DNA of 64,000 nucleotides from an uncultured Fibrobacterota bacterium (GCA_963753345.1 CAVWBU010000041.1:1-64000); one strand, 5' to 3'; numbered from the stretch's first letter, positions 34,359 through 44,266 are shown. Notes: a model not told the origin generated them from the sequence alone. Translations and numbers: made by a program.

Positions 34359-36029
34359 TTATTCCTTTTTCCTCTTCAGCAATTCCTCCGCATGCTTCCT
34401 CGCTATCGCAGAATCTCCCCCAAGCATGCGTGCAATCTCTAACATCCGTTCCTCTTTGCCAAGCAGCTTCACCATGGTGACGGTGCGGCCGGCCTGCGCC
34501 TCCTTGTACACGTGGTACTGGCGGTCGGCCAGGGAGGCGATCTGGTGCAGGTGGGAAATGCAAAGCACCTGATGTGAGGCGCTGAGCGACGCGAGCGATT
34601 TCGCCACTTCGCCCGCGAGCACGCCGCCGATGCCGGAATCGATCTCGTCGAACACCAGGATGGGGACGTTGTCGTGCGTAGCGAGCACGGTCTTTATGGC
34701 GAGCATGAGGCGGGAGATCTCGCCGCCCGAGGCGATCTTGACAAGCGGCAGCAGCGCCTCGCCGGGATTGGTGCGCACGAGGAACTGCGCGTCCTCCATG
34801 CCCGCGGGCTGCGGCGCGTCAAAGGATGTGAAACACGTTTCCCATTGCCCGCCGGTAAAGCCAAGCGTCGCCATTTCCGCGGTGATGGCGCGGTCGAACA
34901 CCGCCGCGTGCTTTCTGCGGCCAGTCGAGAGCGCCCTGCCGGCCTTTACGCAGGCGTCAAGCGCGGCCTTTTCTGCCTTGGCAAGCTCCTCCCGGTCGGC
35001 GCCGGCGGCCGCAAGCGCGCTAAGGTCGGACGCCAATTGCTTTTCTTTCGCAATGAGGCCGTCGAAGTCGACACCGTATTTCTTCTTGAGCCGCTGGATT
35101 TTGGCGAGACGCGCATTGATGGCGTCAAGCTGCGCCGGGTCCATGGCGGCGCCGGCCTTTTCGAGGTAGGCCCCGCAATACGACTCAAGCGCCGAGAAAA
35201 CCGAGGCAGGCGCCGCCAGGTCGGCAAGCCAGGGCAAGGCGGTCGAATCGTACCGTACAAGAGTTTCCAGGCTTTTCCGGATAACGCCGATCTGCCGGCC
35301 GATACCGGTTTCGTCGGCGGCAAGAATGTCGTTGATCTTCGAGACACATTCCAGCCGCTGCGCCGACGAGGACAGGAGCGTGAGCTCCTGTTCGAGCCTG
35401 GCCTCCTCGCCCGGAGCAAGGTTCAGGCCCTTGAGTTCGTTGTGGGCAAATTCAATAACGTCTCTGCGGGCAGCAAGGTCTGCGGCCAGTCTGTCGTGCG
35501 CAGCAAGGTTCTCACGTGCCGCCACGTACGCGCCGTACCGACCGGCATAGTCGGCGGCCGGACCCGCAACGCCCGGAAGCTCGTCGATGGTGCGCCGCGC
35601 GGTTTCCGGATCGAGCAACGACTGGTGCTCGTGCTGGCCGTGAAAATCGACCAGCAGGTCGCCCACGCTCTTGAGCACCGACAGCGGCAGCGGCACCTGA
35701 TTGACATACACGCGGTTCTTGCCGCTGCGCGAAATCACGCGCCGCACGATGCACTCCCCTCCCTCGCGGGGAATACCGTTTGCGTCGAGCAGGCTGCCGA
35801 GCGGCTTTCGCATTTCGTTAAGTTCAAACACGCCGCTCACTTCTGCCTCGTCGAACCCGCCGCGCACCTGTTCGCTCGATGCGCGCTCGCCCAGGAGGAG
35901 CCCTATGGCGCCCACGAGTATCGACTTGCCGGCACCGGTCTCGCCTGTAAAGACGGAAAGCCCCTTGGAGAACTCAACGTGGACGTCCTCGATGAGGGCA
36001 AGGTTCCTGATGCGCAGTTCCCGGATCAT
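34359..36029 (-). CDS. recN: DNA repair protein RecN
   Basis: MIRELRIRNLALI, TGETGAGKS, HGQHEHQ, ASGGEISR, FDEIDSGIGG. Confidence 0.96.
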   Translation of the reverse strand: MIRELRIRNLALIEDVHVEFSKGLSVFTGETGAGKSILVGAIGLLLGERASSEQVRGGFDEAEVSGVFELNEMRKPLGSLLDANGIPREGGECIVRRVISRSGKNRVYVNQVPLPLSVLKSVGDLLVDFHGQHEHQSLLDPETARRTIDELPGVAGPAADYAGRYGAYVAARENLAAHDRLAADLAARRDVIEFAHNELKGLNLAPGEEARLEQELTLLSSSAQRLECVSKINDILAADETGIGRQIGVIRKSLETLVRYDSTALPWLADLAAPASVFSALESYCGAYLEKAGAAMDPAQLDAINARLAKIQRLKKKYGVDFDGLIAKEKQLASDLSALAAAGADREELAKAEKAALDACVKAGRALSTGRRKHAAVFDRAITAEMATLGFTGGQWETCFTSFDAPQPAGMEDAQFLVRTNPGEALLPLVKIASGGEISRLMLAIKTVLATHDNVPILVFDEIDSGIGGVLAGEVAKSLASLSASHQVLCISHLHQIASLADRQYHVYKEAQAGRTVTMVKLLGKEERMLEIARMLGGDSAIARKHAEELLKRKKE

Positions 36030-36922
36030 TCCTCGGGTCTTTCGCTGGCCTTGTGGTCCTTGCCCCACCCGAGCTTGCAGCGGAGCAGATCGAAATGCGA
36101 CCGCCCCGACAATTGCAGCAGGTTGGTCTGGTCTCCGCAGTAGTTGACAAGCACCTCGTCGCCGCTCTTGAGACGCATGTTGTCGATGCCGTCAGCGCTG
36201 AGCACGGTCTCGGCGCTGTCTTGGCTCACCACGATCCGCACCGGCTTGTCGCAGGGGAGAATAAGCGGCCGCTCCGTGAGCGAATGCGGGCATATGGGCG
36301 TGAGCAGCAGTGCCTTGACCGAGGGATCGACAATGGGCCCGCCCGCGGCGAGCGAATACGCGGTTGATCCCGAGGGCGAGGCGACGATGAGTCCGTCGGC
36401 CACGAATTCGGAGATGTACCGGTCCCCGCTCCACGCCTTAAGCGACATGAGCTTGGGCTTGTCGCTGCGGTTGACAAAAACGTCGTTGAGCGCGCGCATG
36501 CTTGTTATTTCGACGCCGGCCCTGAGCACCTTTGCCTCCAGCAGCATGCGGGTGAAGGTGGAAAAGTCGCCTTTCGCAATCCGGTCGAGGTCGGCCTCGA
36601 GGGTCTCAATGCCTATGTCGGTGAGAAAGCCCAATCCGCCGGTGTTGATGCCGACGACCGGCTTCCCGGAAAAATGCGACAGGTGCACGGTCGACAGAAA
36701 CGTCCCGTCGCCTCCCACCGACACGAGAATGTCGCTTTTCGCAAGCAGCTCCTCCTCGCTTCGGCACACGCGCGGATCGTTCGGGATGTGGATCGCGAGC
36801 GCGGGATGAAACAGCACGGGCTTGCCGGCCTTCTGAGACCACGCGATGATGCGGTCGAGAGCGGAATTGACCTTCGGTGATTTTTTAAACGCAACGATGC
36901 CGAAGGAAGTGATTGGTTTCAT
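36026..36922 (-). CDS. nadK: NAD(+) kinase
   Basis: GGDGT, GGLGFL, ALND, DGLIVASPSGSTAYSLAAGGP. Confidence 0.94.
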   Translation of the reverse strand: MKPITSFGIVAFKKSPKVNSALDRIIAWSQKAGKPVLFHPALAIHIPNDPRVCRSEEELLAKSDILVSVGGDGTFLSTVHLSHFSGKPVVGINTGGLGFLTDIGIETLEADLDRIAKGDFSTFTRMLLEAKVLRAGVEITSMRALNDVFVNRSDKPKLMSLKAWSGDRYISEFVADGLIVASPSGSTAYSLAAGGPIVDPSVKALLLTPICPHSLTERPLILPCDKPVRIVVSQDSAETVLSADGIDNMRLKSGDEVLVNYCGDQTNLLQLSGRSHFDLLRCKLGWGKDHKASERPEE

Positions 36923-37013
36923 GAGATGATCCTTGGCAGAAAAGAGAGTGATAAAGAGACAAAGCGACAATGTGAACAACCGTTTGACCTTAATTGGTTT
37001 TTTCCCTATAACC

Positions 37014-37046
37014 TCACCCCCGGCCCCTCTCCCACGGGGAGAGGGG
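37014..37046. repeat. REP-like palindrome
   Basis: CCCCTCTCCC-ACG-GGGAGAGGGG preceded by cctcaccccc; related inverted copy near 30386-30416. Confidence 0.55.
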
Positions 37047-37419
37047 AACTGTCATGTCAAAAATGTTTTGAATCCACTTGAGTGCATTGTCTTTTCTTTA
37101 ACCGCTCTCCGTGGGTGCCGCTGCAGGAAGAAAGTGACAAAGTAACAAAGTGACAAAGTAATTCTTTGTTTCCAACTTTTCAACGCTTCAACTTTTCAAC
37201 GTTTCAACGTTTTTTCAACTGCTCTCTGTGGGTGCCGCCGCAACAATGCATGGTCTTGCCGCTGCTTTGTCAAGGCGGTCACCCTGGAGGGGGTAGCGCA
37301 GGACCGGCCGCGCATGTTCAAATTACTGGTTTGTAAAGGAGCGCGGCCGGGCCGAAGCGAGGGGGACGACCCTTGGAAGTACCCGACGGGGTAAACTTCC
37401 CCCACAAGCAAATTTAAAT

Positions 37420-38766
37420 CTAATCCCTAAATTCACAAATCGACTCAAGCATCTCCCTGAATCTCGGCCACCGCCTCACAATCGCCTCGTCATTGATTTT
37501 TGTTTTTCCCATGCAGCGCAGCCCGGCCGCGGCAAAGCTCGCCGCGATGTGCGCGGGCAGGTGCTCCGACATATCGAAGCCGTCGAACTGGCGTCCTCCG
37601 TCGACAACGAGGCCGTCGGGCATCTCGCCGTGACGCGCACCCAGAAGGTTTACACATGAGAGTATCTGGGCGATGCCGTCCGGCTCGTCGCTGCGCAGGT
37701 CGGCAAGTCCGCGGAACACCGTCTGGCCGTCGCCGTAGGCCGCGAGCACCACCATGGCCGGCAGCTGGGGCACATACTGGAACAGCGGCTCGCAGTCCAC
37801 TTTCCTGCCGCTGTGGCCGCTCTTGACAATCGAGACGGTTCCGCACGATCCGAAAGAAGTCGCGCCCGTTTCCTGCGTGGCGATTGCGCCGCCCATCTTT
37901 TTGAACAGCGACAGCGTTGCCGTGTTCCACGATTCGAGCCCGGCATTTTCAATGATCAGGCTTCCCCTGGGGACAATGCATTTCGCAACGGCGAATATCG
38001 CGCCGAGCACGTCGTCCCCGGGCACGGTGATCTCGGGCTGCATTTCATCGCGCTTCGAAAAATCGGCCGCAACGGTGAACGTGACCGGCCCCTCGGACTT
38101 CTTGCCGGTCTGCATGAAGCGCATGCGCCGCACGAGCGGGTCCTCGTTTTTGTCGCGCAGGCTGTTGGTTACCGACAGCGTGTAGCCGAACGCGGGCAGC
38201 ACATGCCGCAGCGGACTGGCAAACACCGTGTCGGTGGTAAGCGACACCGCCCGGCCGAGCCCCAGCGCAAGTCCCAGAATCGGGTGCGCCTCGTCGATGT
38301 TTCTCACCGTGTCGCGCACCCGGAAGGCTTCCCCTCCGTCAAGATGCATGGTCGTTTTTCCGTTCGTTGCGGCAATAGCAAGGGTGCAGCCGAGGTCGGC
38401 GGAAAGTTTTGTCCACGCTGCAAGCCTGGCGGGCGGCAGCGGGTCTACGACCATGGTCTTGCCCAGCCCCAGAAGCGCGAACACCGCGAAATCGCGATAG
38501 GGTATTTCGTCGTACGACAGCGTGACCGGCGCGGCATTCGCATCTTCTACGGGCCGCACGACGCAGCTTCCCGCGTCGCAGGCAAAGACGGCGTGGCCGG
38601 CGAGCGCCTTTTCCCACCACGGCACAAGGGGTATGTCGGCAAGCGGCGATATTCTGGCCGCTGTCTTCGCCGCGAGCGCGATGATAATGCTTGTGAAGAA
38701 AAGATCTCCCGACGGCGGAAGCCGCACCGATCCCTTTATCTCCCTTGCGGGCCTGATTTCCAGCAC
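37420..38766 (-). CDS. EPSP synthase (AroA)-fold protein with degenerate catalytic motifs
   Basis: IKGSVRLP, ITVPGD, GDGQTVFRGLADLR, DGLVVDGG and position after tyrA; canonical KS..R, KExDR and DHR motifs missing. Confidence 0.75.
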   Translation of the reverse strand: MLEIRPAREIKGSVRLPPSGDLFFTSIIIALAAKTAARISPLADIPLVPWWEKALAGHAVFACDAGSCVVRPVEDANAAPVTLSYDEIPYRDFAVFALLGLGKTMVVDPLPPARLAAWTKLSADLGCTLAIAATNGKTTMHLDGGEAFRVRDTVRNIDEAHPILGLALGLGRAVSLTTDTVFASPLRHVLPAFGYTLSVTNSLRDKNEDPLVRRMRFMQTGKKSEGPVTFTVAADFSKRDEMQPEITVPGDDVLGAIFAVAKCIVPRGSLIIENAGLESWNTATLSLFKKMGGAIATQETGATSFGSCGTVSIVKSGHSGRKVDCEPLFQYVPQLPAMVVLAAYGDGQTVFRGLADLRSDEPDGIAQILSCVNLLGARHGEMPDGLVVDGGRQFDGFDMSEHLPAHIAASFAAAGLRCMGKTKINDEAIVRRWPRFREMLESICEFRD

Positions 38767-38767
38767 G

Positions 38768-39892
38768 CTACTCCCTTTCCCACGTCGTGATGCCGAGGTT
38801 TTTGAAAAGCTCAACCACCCGGCGCGCAGTGTCGCGCGATTCAAACGCCAGCCGGATCGTGCCGGCTTCGTTCTCCCTCACCTTGAGCACCTCGATGTCC
38901 TTGATGTTGATGTTTTCCTTTGCGCAGGCGTTGGCCATGAGCGCGATCATGCCGGGCTGGTCCTTTACAACTACGAACACCTCGGACAGCGCGCCGATGA
39001 AACCCTTGCTCGACCGCGGGATCTTCGCGCGCGTTTCGGCCGCGGCGTTGAACGCCTTGTCGAGACCGTCGCGCAGCAGGAGTTCCTTCATGGCAAGCAG
39101 CGCCGCGGCGAACTCGTCGATGAGCGGCGCGATGCGCTCCTTGTTGGTCGACAGGATGTCGCGCCACAGGGCGTACGGCGACGACGCGATGCGCGTCATG
39201 TCGCGGAAGCCGCCCGCGGCCAGCGCAAGCGTCCCCGGCGACCTGCCGTCCATGGCCGCGGCGGCATTCACCAGCGCGACGGCCAGGATGTGCGGAAGGT
39301 GGCTCACCGCCGCCGCGATGGTGTCGTGCGCTTCGGGCGAGAGCCGCACGTGTTTGCAGCCGAGATTTGCTTCGAGAAAACGCGCAAAGCCGTCCGCAAC
39401 GGGCGCAGGAACGCTGTCCCCGGGCGTCAGAACGTAGATCGCGTCCTGGAAGAGATACGGGTCGGCCGACGACGGGCCGCGCTTTTCCGACCCGGCCATG
39501 GGGTGGCCGCCGACAAAATGCACGCCGGGCGGAAGGAAGCGCCGCGCCGCGGCGACGATTTCACTCTTGGTGCTCCCGACGTCGGTGACGATGCAGCCGG
39601 CGGGAAGCCGAAGCTTCCCCAGCCGTTCGAGCGCCGCAATGATGCCGTGTATGGGCGAGCACAGGAACAGGCAGCCGGTCGATTGTATCACTGTGTCAAG
39701 CGCGTCGTAGCCGTGCCCTTCGTCGATGCAGCCGAGCGACTTCGCGGCGCGAATGGCCTGCTCCGACGAAAGGCCGACAATGCGTCCCTTGTATCCCGAC
39801 GCCTTGAGGGCAAGCCCTATGGAACCGCCGAGAAGCCCGACGCTGTAAATGGTGACGGTCTTCGGCGAGAATGCGTCCTGCCGCCGGTTCAT
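38768..39892 (-). CDS. tyrA: Prephenate dehydrogenase with C-terminal ACT domain
   Basis: VGLLGGS, TDVGSTK, GGHPMAGSE, SHLPH, GGFRDMTRIA. Confidence 0.93.
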   Translation of the reverse strand: MNRRQDAFSPKTVTIYSVGLLGGSIGLALKASGYKGRIVGLSSEQAIRAAKSLGCIDEGHGYDALDTVIQSTGCLFLCSPIHGIIAALERLGKLRLPAGCIVTDVGSTKSEIVAAARRFLPPGVHFVGGHPMAGSEKRGPSSADPYLFQDAIYVLTPGDSVPAPVADGFARFLEANLGCKHVRLSPEAHDTIAAAVSHLPHILAVALVNAAAAMDGRSPGTLALAAGGFRDMTRIASSPYALWRDILSTNKERIAPLIDEFAAALLAMKELLLRDGLDKAFNAAAETRAKIPRSSKGFIGALSEVFVVVKDQPGMIALMANACAKENINIKDIEVLKVRENEAGTIRLAFESRDTARRVVELFKNLGITTWERE

Positions 39893-40644
39893 AGCGGGTC
39901 CGGCGTCCTGTTGAGCAGATACTTCACTTCGCCCTCTTTGGTAAGCGGAATAATGCAATCGCGGTAGAACCCGAGCACCGTGTCCGGATCGACCACGTGC
40001 CTGCTCGTGCGATTCACGCGCGCCTGGGCCGAGCAGACCTTTGCACGGATCCGTTCAACGATGCGGTCTTCGATGTCGGGCCGCGTGAGCAGGGCGAGGA
40101 GTCCGCCCGCGTCTTTCGCGCGCATCAGCCTCGTGTACAGCCGTTTGTCGCGCAGAAACTTGCTTTCTGCGACGTACAGTGCGCCGTAGTGGATGCGGCG
40201 CGCAATGGCCTGCAGGGCGTACACGTCGTGCTCCACGCTCGATCCGTAGTTGGCGTCGTCGCCTTTTCTGCATAGCAGCGGCACCAGGCCCAGGTAGGCC
40301 GGCATGATCTTCGCGGAAAGGTTGACCGCATTAATGTCCTCGATGCACAGCCCCGTGGGCGGAAGGTGCACCTTCCGCCTCGGCCTTGGCAGCCGGCTGC
40401 AGAACGGACGCTCCTCGGCGACGCAGAAGCGGCCGAACCGCGCGTCCATTTCCTCCTGAAATCGGACCCTGAGCGAGAACAGGCTTTGCCGGGCTGCGCC
40501 GGTGAATCCGCTCCGGCCCGGCAGGTACACGACCGGATTGTGCCGGAATTGCGCTCTGTCAATGAGCTTGAAGATGATGGTCTCCTCGAGCCCCTCGAGC
40601 AGCGTCGTTATCCTTTCCAGGTCGAAATTGCCGCTTGCGGTCAT
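39889..40644 (-). CDS. Chorismate mutase, fungal/plant (Aro7, AroQ-beta)-type
   Basis: LEETIIFKLIDRAQF, NYGSS..D..ALQAIARRIHYG..VAESKF, IIPLTKEGEVKYLL. Confidence 0.88.
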   Translation of the reverse strand: MTASGNFDLERITTLLEGLEETIIFKLIDRAQFRHNPVVYLPGRSGFTGAARQSLFSLRVRFQEEMDARFGRFCVAEERPFCSRLPRPRRKVHLPPTGLCIEDINAVNLSAKIMPAYLGLVPLLCRKGDDANYGSSVEHDVYALQAIARRIHYGALYVAESKFLRDKRLYTRLMRAKDAGGLLALLTRPDIEDRIVERIRAKVCSAQARVNRTSRHVVDPDTVLGFYRDCIIPLTKEGEVKYLLNRTPDPL

Positions 40645-40826
40645 GGTGCGCCTTGGGTACGGTTGGGAAAAGTGTAATTGTTAAATATAAATGTTTGCTG
40701 TTTGACCAAGGCGGTTTGGGAGGATCGAGAAAGGACCTCTTGTCCTGCGACCCCGGCCAAATAATTCGCTCCTTCGACCCGTAATTCAATGATATGAAGG
40801 AGTGGGTAAGGTGAAAGGGGGCGACG

Positions 40827-41291
40827 ATGCGTACCGTAATTTACGGAATCTTGTTGTTGTTGCTCATAAGTTTCATTACGGGAAGTGTTCCCAACGAGGA
40901 CCGGTTTGTGATACCTGTGGAGAACGGGACGCCGGTTTTCCTGAATAACCCGAGGGCAACTGATGAGCAACCAGTATTTGCCGTGGGAACTACCGACAGG
41001 CTCATGGTGCTCGAATCCAAGGCAGAGGTTTACAAGGTGAGCGACCTAAAGGGAAATGTCGGATGGGTGGACAAAAGGTCGGTAAGTCCGATTCATCCGA
41101 CGGTGTCGATGGTCTTTGGTGACGCGAGCATCCAGGGATACCTTGATAATCCGGTGCCGGTGTACATTCTGGACGCCAACAATCCTTCAGCGGAGCCTCT
41201 GAAGCTTGAAAGATCGTTCGCGGCAGAATTGAAGGAAAATGTCGACCGCATGACTATCGAGCGGATAGTGGGCGAAGACGTGGCGCAATAG
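40827..41291 (+). CDS. Secreted protein with SH3-like segment
   Basis: Signal-like N-terminus; VLE..EVYKVSDLKGNVGWV. Confidence 0.6.
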   Translation: MRTVIYGILLLLLISFITGSVPNEDRFVIPVENGTPVFLNNPRATDEQPVFAVGTTDRLMVLESKAEVYKVSDLKGNVGWVDKRSVSPIHPTVSMVFGDASIQGYLDNPVPVYILDANNPSAEPLKLERSFAAELKENVDRMTIERIVGEDVAQ

Positions 41292-41458
41292 AGCGGACCA
41301 CAACCTCGTTGCGGCGGACGTGATCTCATCGGTGCTTGGTAAAAACGGTAGAAAGCCGCACGTACTTCTACTCAGCCGTTGTTCATTTTGGTGAATATAT
41401 TATATTTATTGAGGACAGGATCATCAATCGAACGGCACCAGTGAAGGAGCCACGTGTA

Positions 41459-42220
41459 ATGAAGAAAACGCTCAAAACACTTTTCCTGATGGCCATGCTG
41501 CTCGTTGTTCCGGCCGCCTGCAAGACCGGCCCCCTCATCTCGGTTGATTCAGAAGAAGTCAACCTGGGCACCATCAAACAGGGGACCAAGGCGGCGGCGA
41601 AGTACGTCTTCAAGGTGAAGAACACCGGCGACAGCGTGCTGGTGATCAGAGACGTGAGGCCCGGCTGAGGATGCACCGTGGTGGGTTTCGACACCACCAT
41701 CCTTCCCGGTCGGGAAGGTTCCATAACTCCGGAAGTGAACCTTACGAAGGCGCACGGCGGCACATTCAGCAAATGCGTGACGGTCTCCTCGAACGCGAAG
41801 AACAAGCCCGAGATGCATTTGTGCCTCAAGATGACCCTCAAGGTCCCGCTTGCCGCAATGCCTGATTACATCCAGCTGAGACGCAGTGCAAGCGGAAAGT
41901 TTGAGACCGAGGTGACGCTCTCCACCGACAAACCGGACCTCACGGTGAGGGAGGCTTCGTTCAAATCCACGGCGCAGCCGAACAACCAGAACCAGGCCGC
42001 GTGGATGTCGTCCCTGCCGGACCACCTGGAGTTCACCTTGACAAAACCGGACAAACCGACCGCCGACGGGTCGTGGGACTACAAGCTGAAGCTCTGGGAG
42101 GAACCCATGGAGCTCAAGGAAAACAAGTTCGGCGAGTTTACCATAGCCACCAATCATCCGGACATGCCGGAGCTCAAGGTGAACGGCATCATCGACGCGA
42201 GTCCGGCACCGAAGAAATAG
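41459..42220 (+). CDS. DUF1573-domain lipoprotein, probable selenoprotein (in-frame TGA 41666-41668, motif UGC)
   Basis: AAGGAG RBS, lipobox PAAC, NLGTI..YVFKVKNTGDSVLVIRDVRPG-TGA-GCT..ILPGREG..FSKCVTVSSN; both track ORFs share one frame; SECIS-like hairpin follows. Confidence 0.85.
41669..41702 (+). promoter_or_regulatory. Bacterial SECIS-like stem-loop
   Basis: GGATG/CATCC lower stem, CACC bulge, GTGGTG/CACCAC upper stem, loop GGTTTCGA, starting at the base after TGA. Confidence 0.7.
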
Positions 42221-42248
42221 GGACGTTGCGTCAGTCTGTTTTCTAGGC

Positions 42249-42279
42249 CGGGCCTTGAATTTCAAGGCCCGTTTCTTTT
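42249..42279 (+). terminator. Intrinsic terminator
   Basis: CGGGCCTTGAA-T-TTCAAGGCCCG followed by TTTCTTTT. Confidence 0.75.
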
Positions 42280-42294
42280 GGCAAGGTTCGATCC

Positions 42295-43230
42295 ATGCCT
42301 TATGCATATCTTTTCGGCCCGGTCCCATCCCGGCGGCTCGGCCTCTCCCTCGGCGTGGACATCGTTCCGGCCAAGGTGTGCAACCTCAACTGCGTCTATT
42401 GCGAGTGCGGACAAACAACCAAGCTCACGAATGAGCGCAGGGAATGGGCGCCGCCGCAGGCCGTCATGGATGAACTGTCGGAGTTCCTGGGACGCTCGCC
42501 CGTCCTCGACGTCGTGACGGTAACCGGCTCCGGCGAGCCGACCCTTAACACCGGGCTGCAGGCAATAATATCATTTGTCAAAGAGAAGTTCCCCAACTAC
42601 AAAACGGCGCTTCTCACCAACGGGACCCTCCTGCATCTGGACGACGTGCGGCGCGCGGCGGCGCTGTTCGATTTCGTGCTGCCGTCGCTCGACGCCGTCT
42701 CGGACGCAGTTTTCGCTAAAGTCAACAGGCCGCACCGCGGGCTCGACAATGGCCGGATCGTCGAGGGGATCGCGCAGTTCGCCCGCGAATACAAAGGCAG
42801 GCTGTGGCTGGAGGTGTTCATCGTGCCGGGCGCCAACGATACGCCCGCCGAGTTGTCGCTGCTCAAGGAAGCGGTCCTCGCCATTGCGCCCGGCCGCGTG
42901 CAGCTCAACACGCTCGACCGCCCCGGCGCGAGCGCCTCGGTGCGGCCCGCGACCGGCCGCGAGCTTCTTGACATTGCCGACTTCCTCCGTCCCGCTCCGG
43001 TGGAAATCATCTCGCGGTCATATACTGCAGCCGCGGGCGCCGCAAGCGATGCGGCGTTCGAATCCGTCGTGCTTTCCATGCTCCGGCGCCGGCCCTGCAC
43101 CGTGGAGGACATCGCCGTGGCTTCGGGCCGCGCCATCAATGACATCTCCGGGATTCTGCCGCTCCTCCTTGCCGAAGGAACCGTGTCGACCGAGATAGTC
43201 CTGGGCAGGGTCTTTTACAAAGTGAAGTAA
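42295..43230 (+). CDS. Radical SAM protein (COG0731-like)
   Basis: FGPVPSRRLGLSLG, CNLNCVYC, GSGEPT, C-terminal HTH-like RRPCT. Confidence 0.9.
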   Translation: MPYAYLFGPVPSRRLGLSLGVDIVPAKVCNLNCVYCECGQTTKLTNERREWAPPQAVMDELSEFLGRSPVLDVVTVTGSGEPTLNTGLQAIISFVKEKFPNYKTALLTNGTLLHLDDVRRAAALFDFVLPSLDAVSDAVFAKVNRPHRGLDNGRIVEGIAQFAREYKGRLWLEVFIVPGANDTPAELSLLKEAVLAIAPGRVQLNTLDRPGASASVRPATGRELLDIADFLRPAPVEIISRSYTAAAGAASDAAFESVVLSMLRRRPCTVEDIAVASGRAINDISGILPLLLAEGTVSTEIVLGRVFYKVK

Positions 43231-43453
43231 ACGATGCGCTATCCGCTTTGGTCCGCGTGCGCCAAGGGTTGGCTGCAGCACGGCAGGCAAGCGCGGCCGG
43301 GGAGGTCAACCCTCATAACGAAAACCGTTCGGACGTTTTTTCCTTTGCAGCGAAGTTGACACAATTGTACAATTGCAGTATGTAGTGTGCTGACTTGTTG
43401 CGATTTAGTATTTTTAAAATGTAAAAACAATGTTCATTTCAGGGGGAATACCT

Positions 43454-43846
43454 ATGCGGAAAGTCTTGGTAATGGCAGCGGTCCTCTTTTCCTTAATAGG
43501 CTGCTCCAACAATAACAAGATAACGATCGTCAATGATGCGCAGGCACCAATTTACTTCAATTTCCGCGCCAACGAAACCACCCTGGCAAGCGGCGCGTCA
43601 ACGACAATCAAGAACATTCCAAACGGAACGTATAGTTACAATACAAGTTTTGAACTGCCGGATAAAAATGTGACATCCACCACTATTTCGGGCAATGCCG
43701 GAGCCGGCAGCTTGAGATTCGCCCAGGAAAATACTAATCAGCTTCTTATATTTTCCTCGACGTACTTGAGTGGAGTCTATACCGTCTATCTGAACTTCAC
43801 GTCAACTGACTCCAGCGGTGCGACGTCAATACTGCTCGGGCCTTAG
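43454..43846 (+). CDS. Hypothetical lipoprotein
   Basis: AGGGGG RBS, lipobox LIGC, beta-rich mature part. Confidence 0.75.
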   Translation: MRKVLVMAAVLFSLIGCSNNNKITIVNDAQAPIYFNFRANETTLASGASTTIKNIPNGTYSYNTSFELPDKNVTSTTISGNAGAGSLRFAQENTNQLLIFSSTYLSGVYTVYLNFTSTDSSGATSILLGP

Positions 43847-43867
43847 CGGCAAATACTTCCCCCGTCC

Positions 43868-44266
43868 TCACCTCAACCGCACCACTGTCGCGCCTTCCCC
43901 GCCGTCTTTCCGCATTGCCGTTGTAAAGCTTCGTATCCTGGGATCATTTCCCGCTTCAAGATATTGCCTCACCGCAGTCTTGAGCACTCCGCCCTCTCCC
44001 GGCGCGGAATGCAGGCCATACCCGTGGACCACGAGCAGTTCGGCAACGCCGCGCTGTGCGCAGTCGTCAATCGCATCGCGCAGCGCGGCGAGCGCGGGAC
44101 CGGTGGTCATGCCGTGGAGATCAATGGTCGCGCGCACGCTTCCCCGCTTTGTCGTGCCGGCGGCGAACGTCTTTTTCTTCCTTCCGAGCGATGCGGCTGC
44201 GTCCTTGTCGCGGACCCCATGGCGGTCGAGATAATCGAGAATGGTTTTTTTTGGATCGGGATTCAT
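43868..44266 (-). CDS. Smr/MutS2 C-terminal domain protein
   Basis: IDLHGMT, VVHGYG, GGEGATVV. Confidence 0.9.
   Translation of the reverse strand: MNPDPKKTILDYLDRHGVRDKDAAASLGRKKKTFAAGTTKRGSVRATIDLHGMTTGPALAALRDAIDDCAQRGVAELLVVHGYGLHSAPGEGGVLKTAVRQYLEAGNDPRIRSFTTAMRKDGGEGATVVRLR

Noticed and set aside
41666-41668. Genome-wide UGA reassignment (Trp or Gly)
   Set aside because: Many conserved genes here (rlmM, permease, ATPase, MNT) end at TGA at the expected length.
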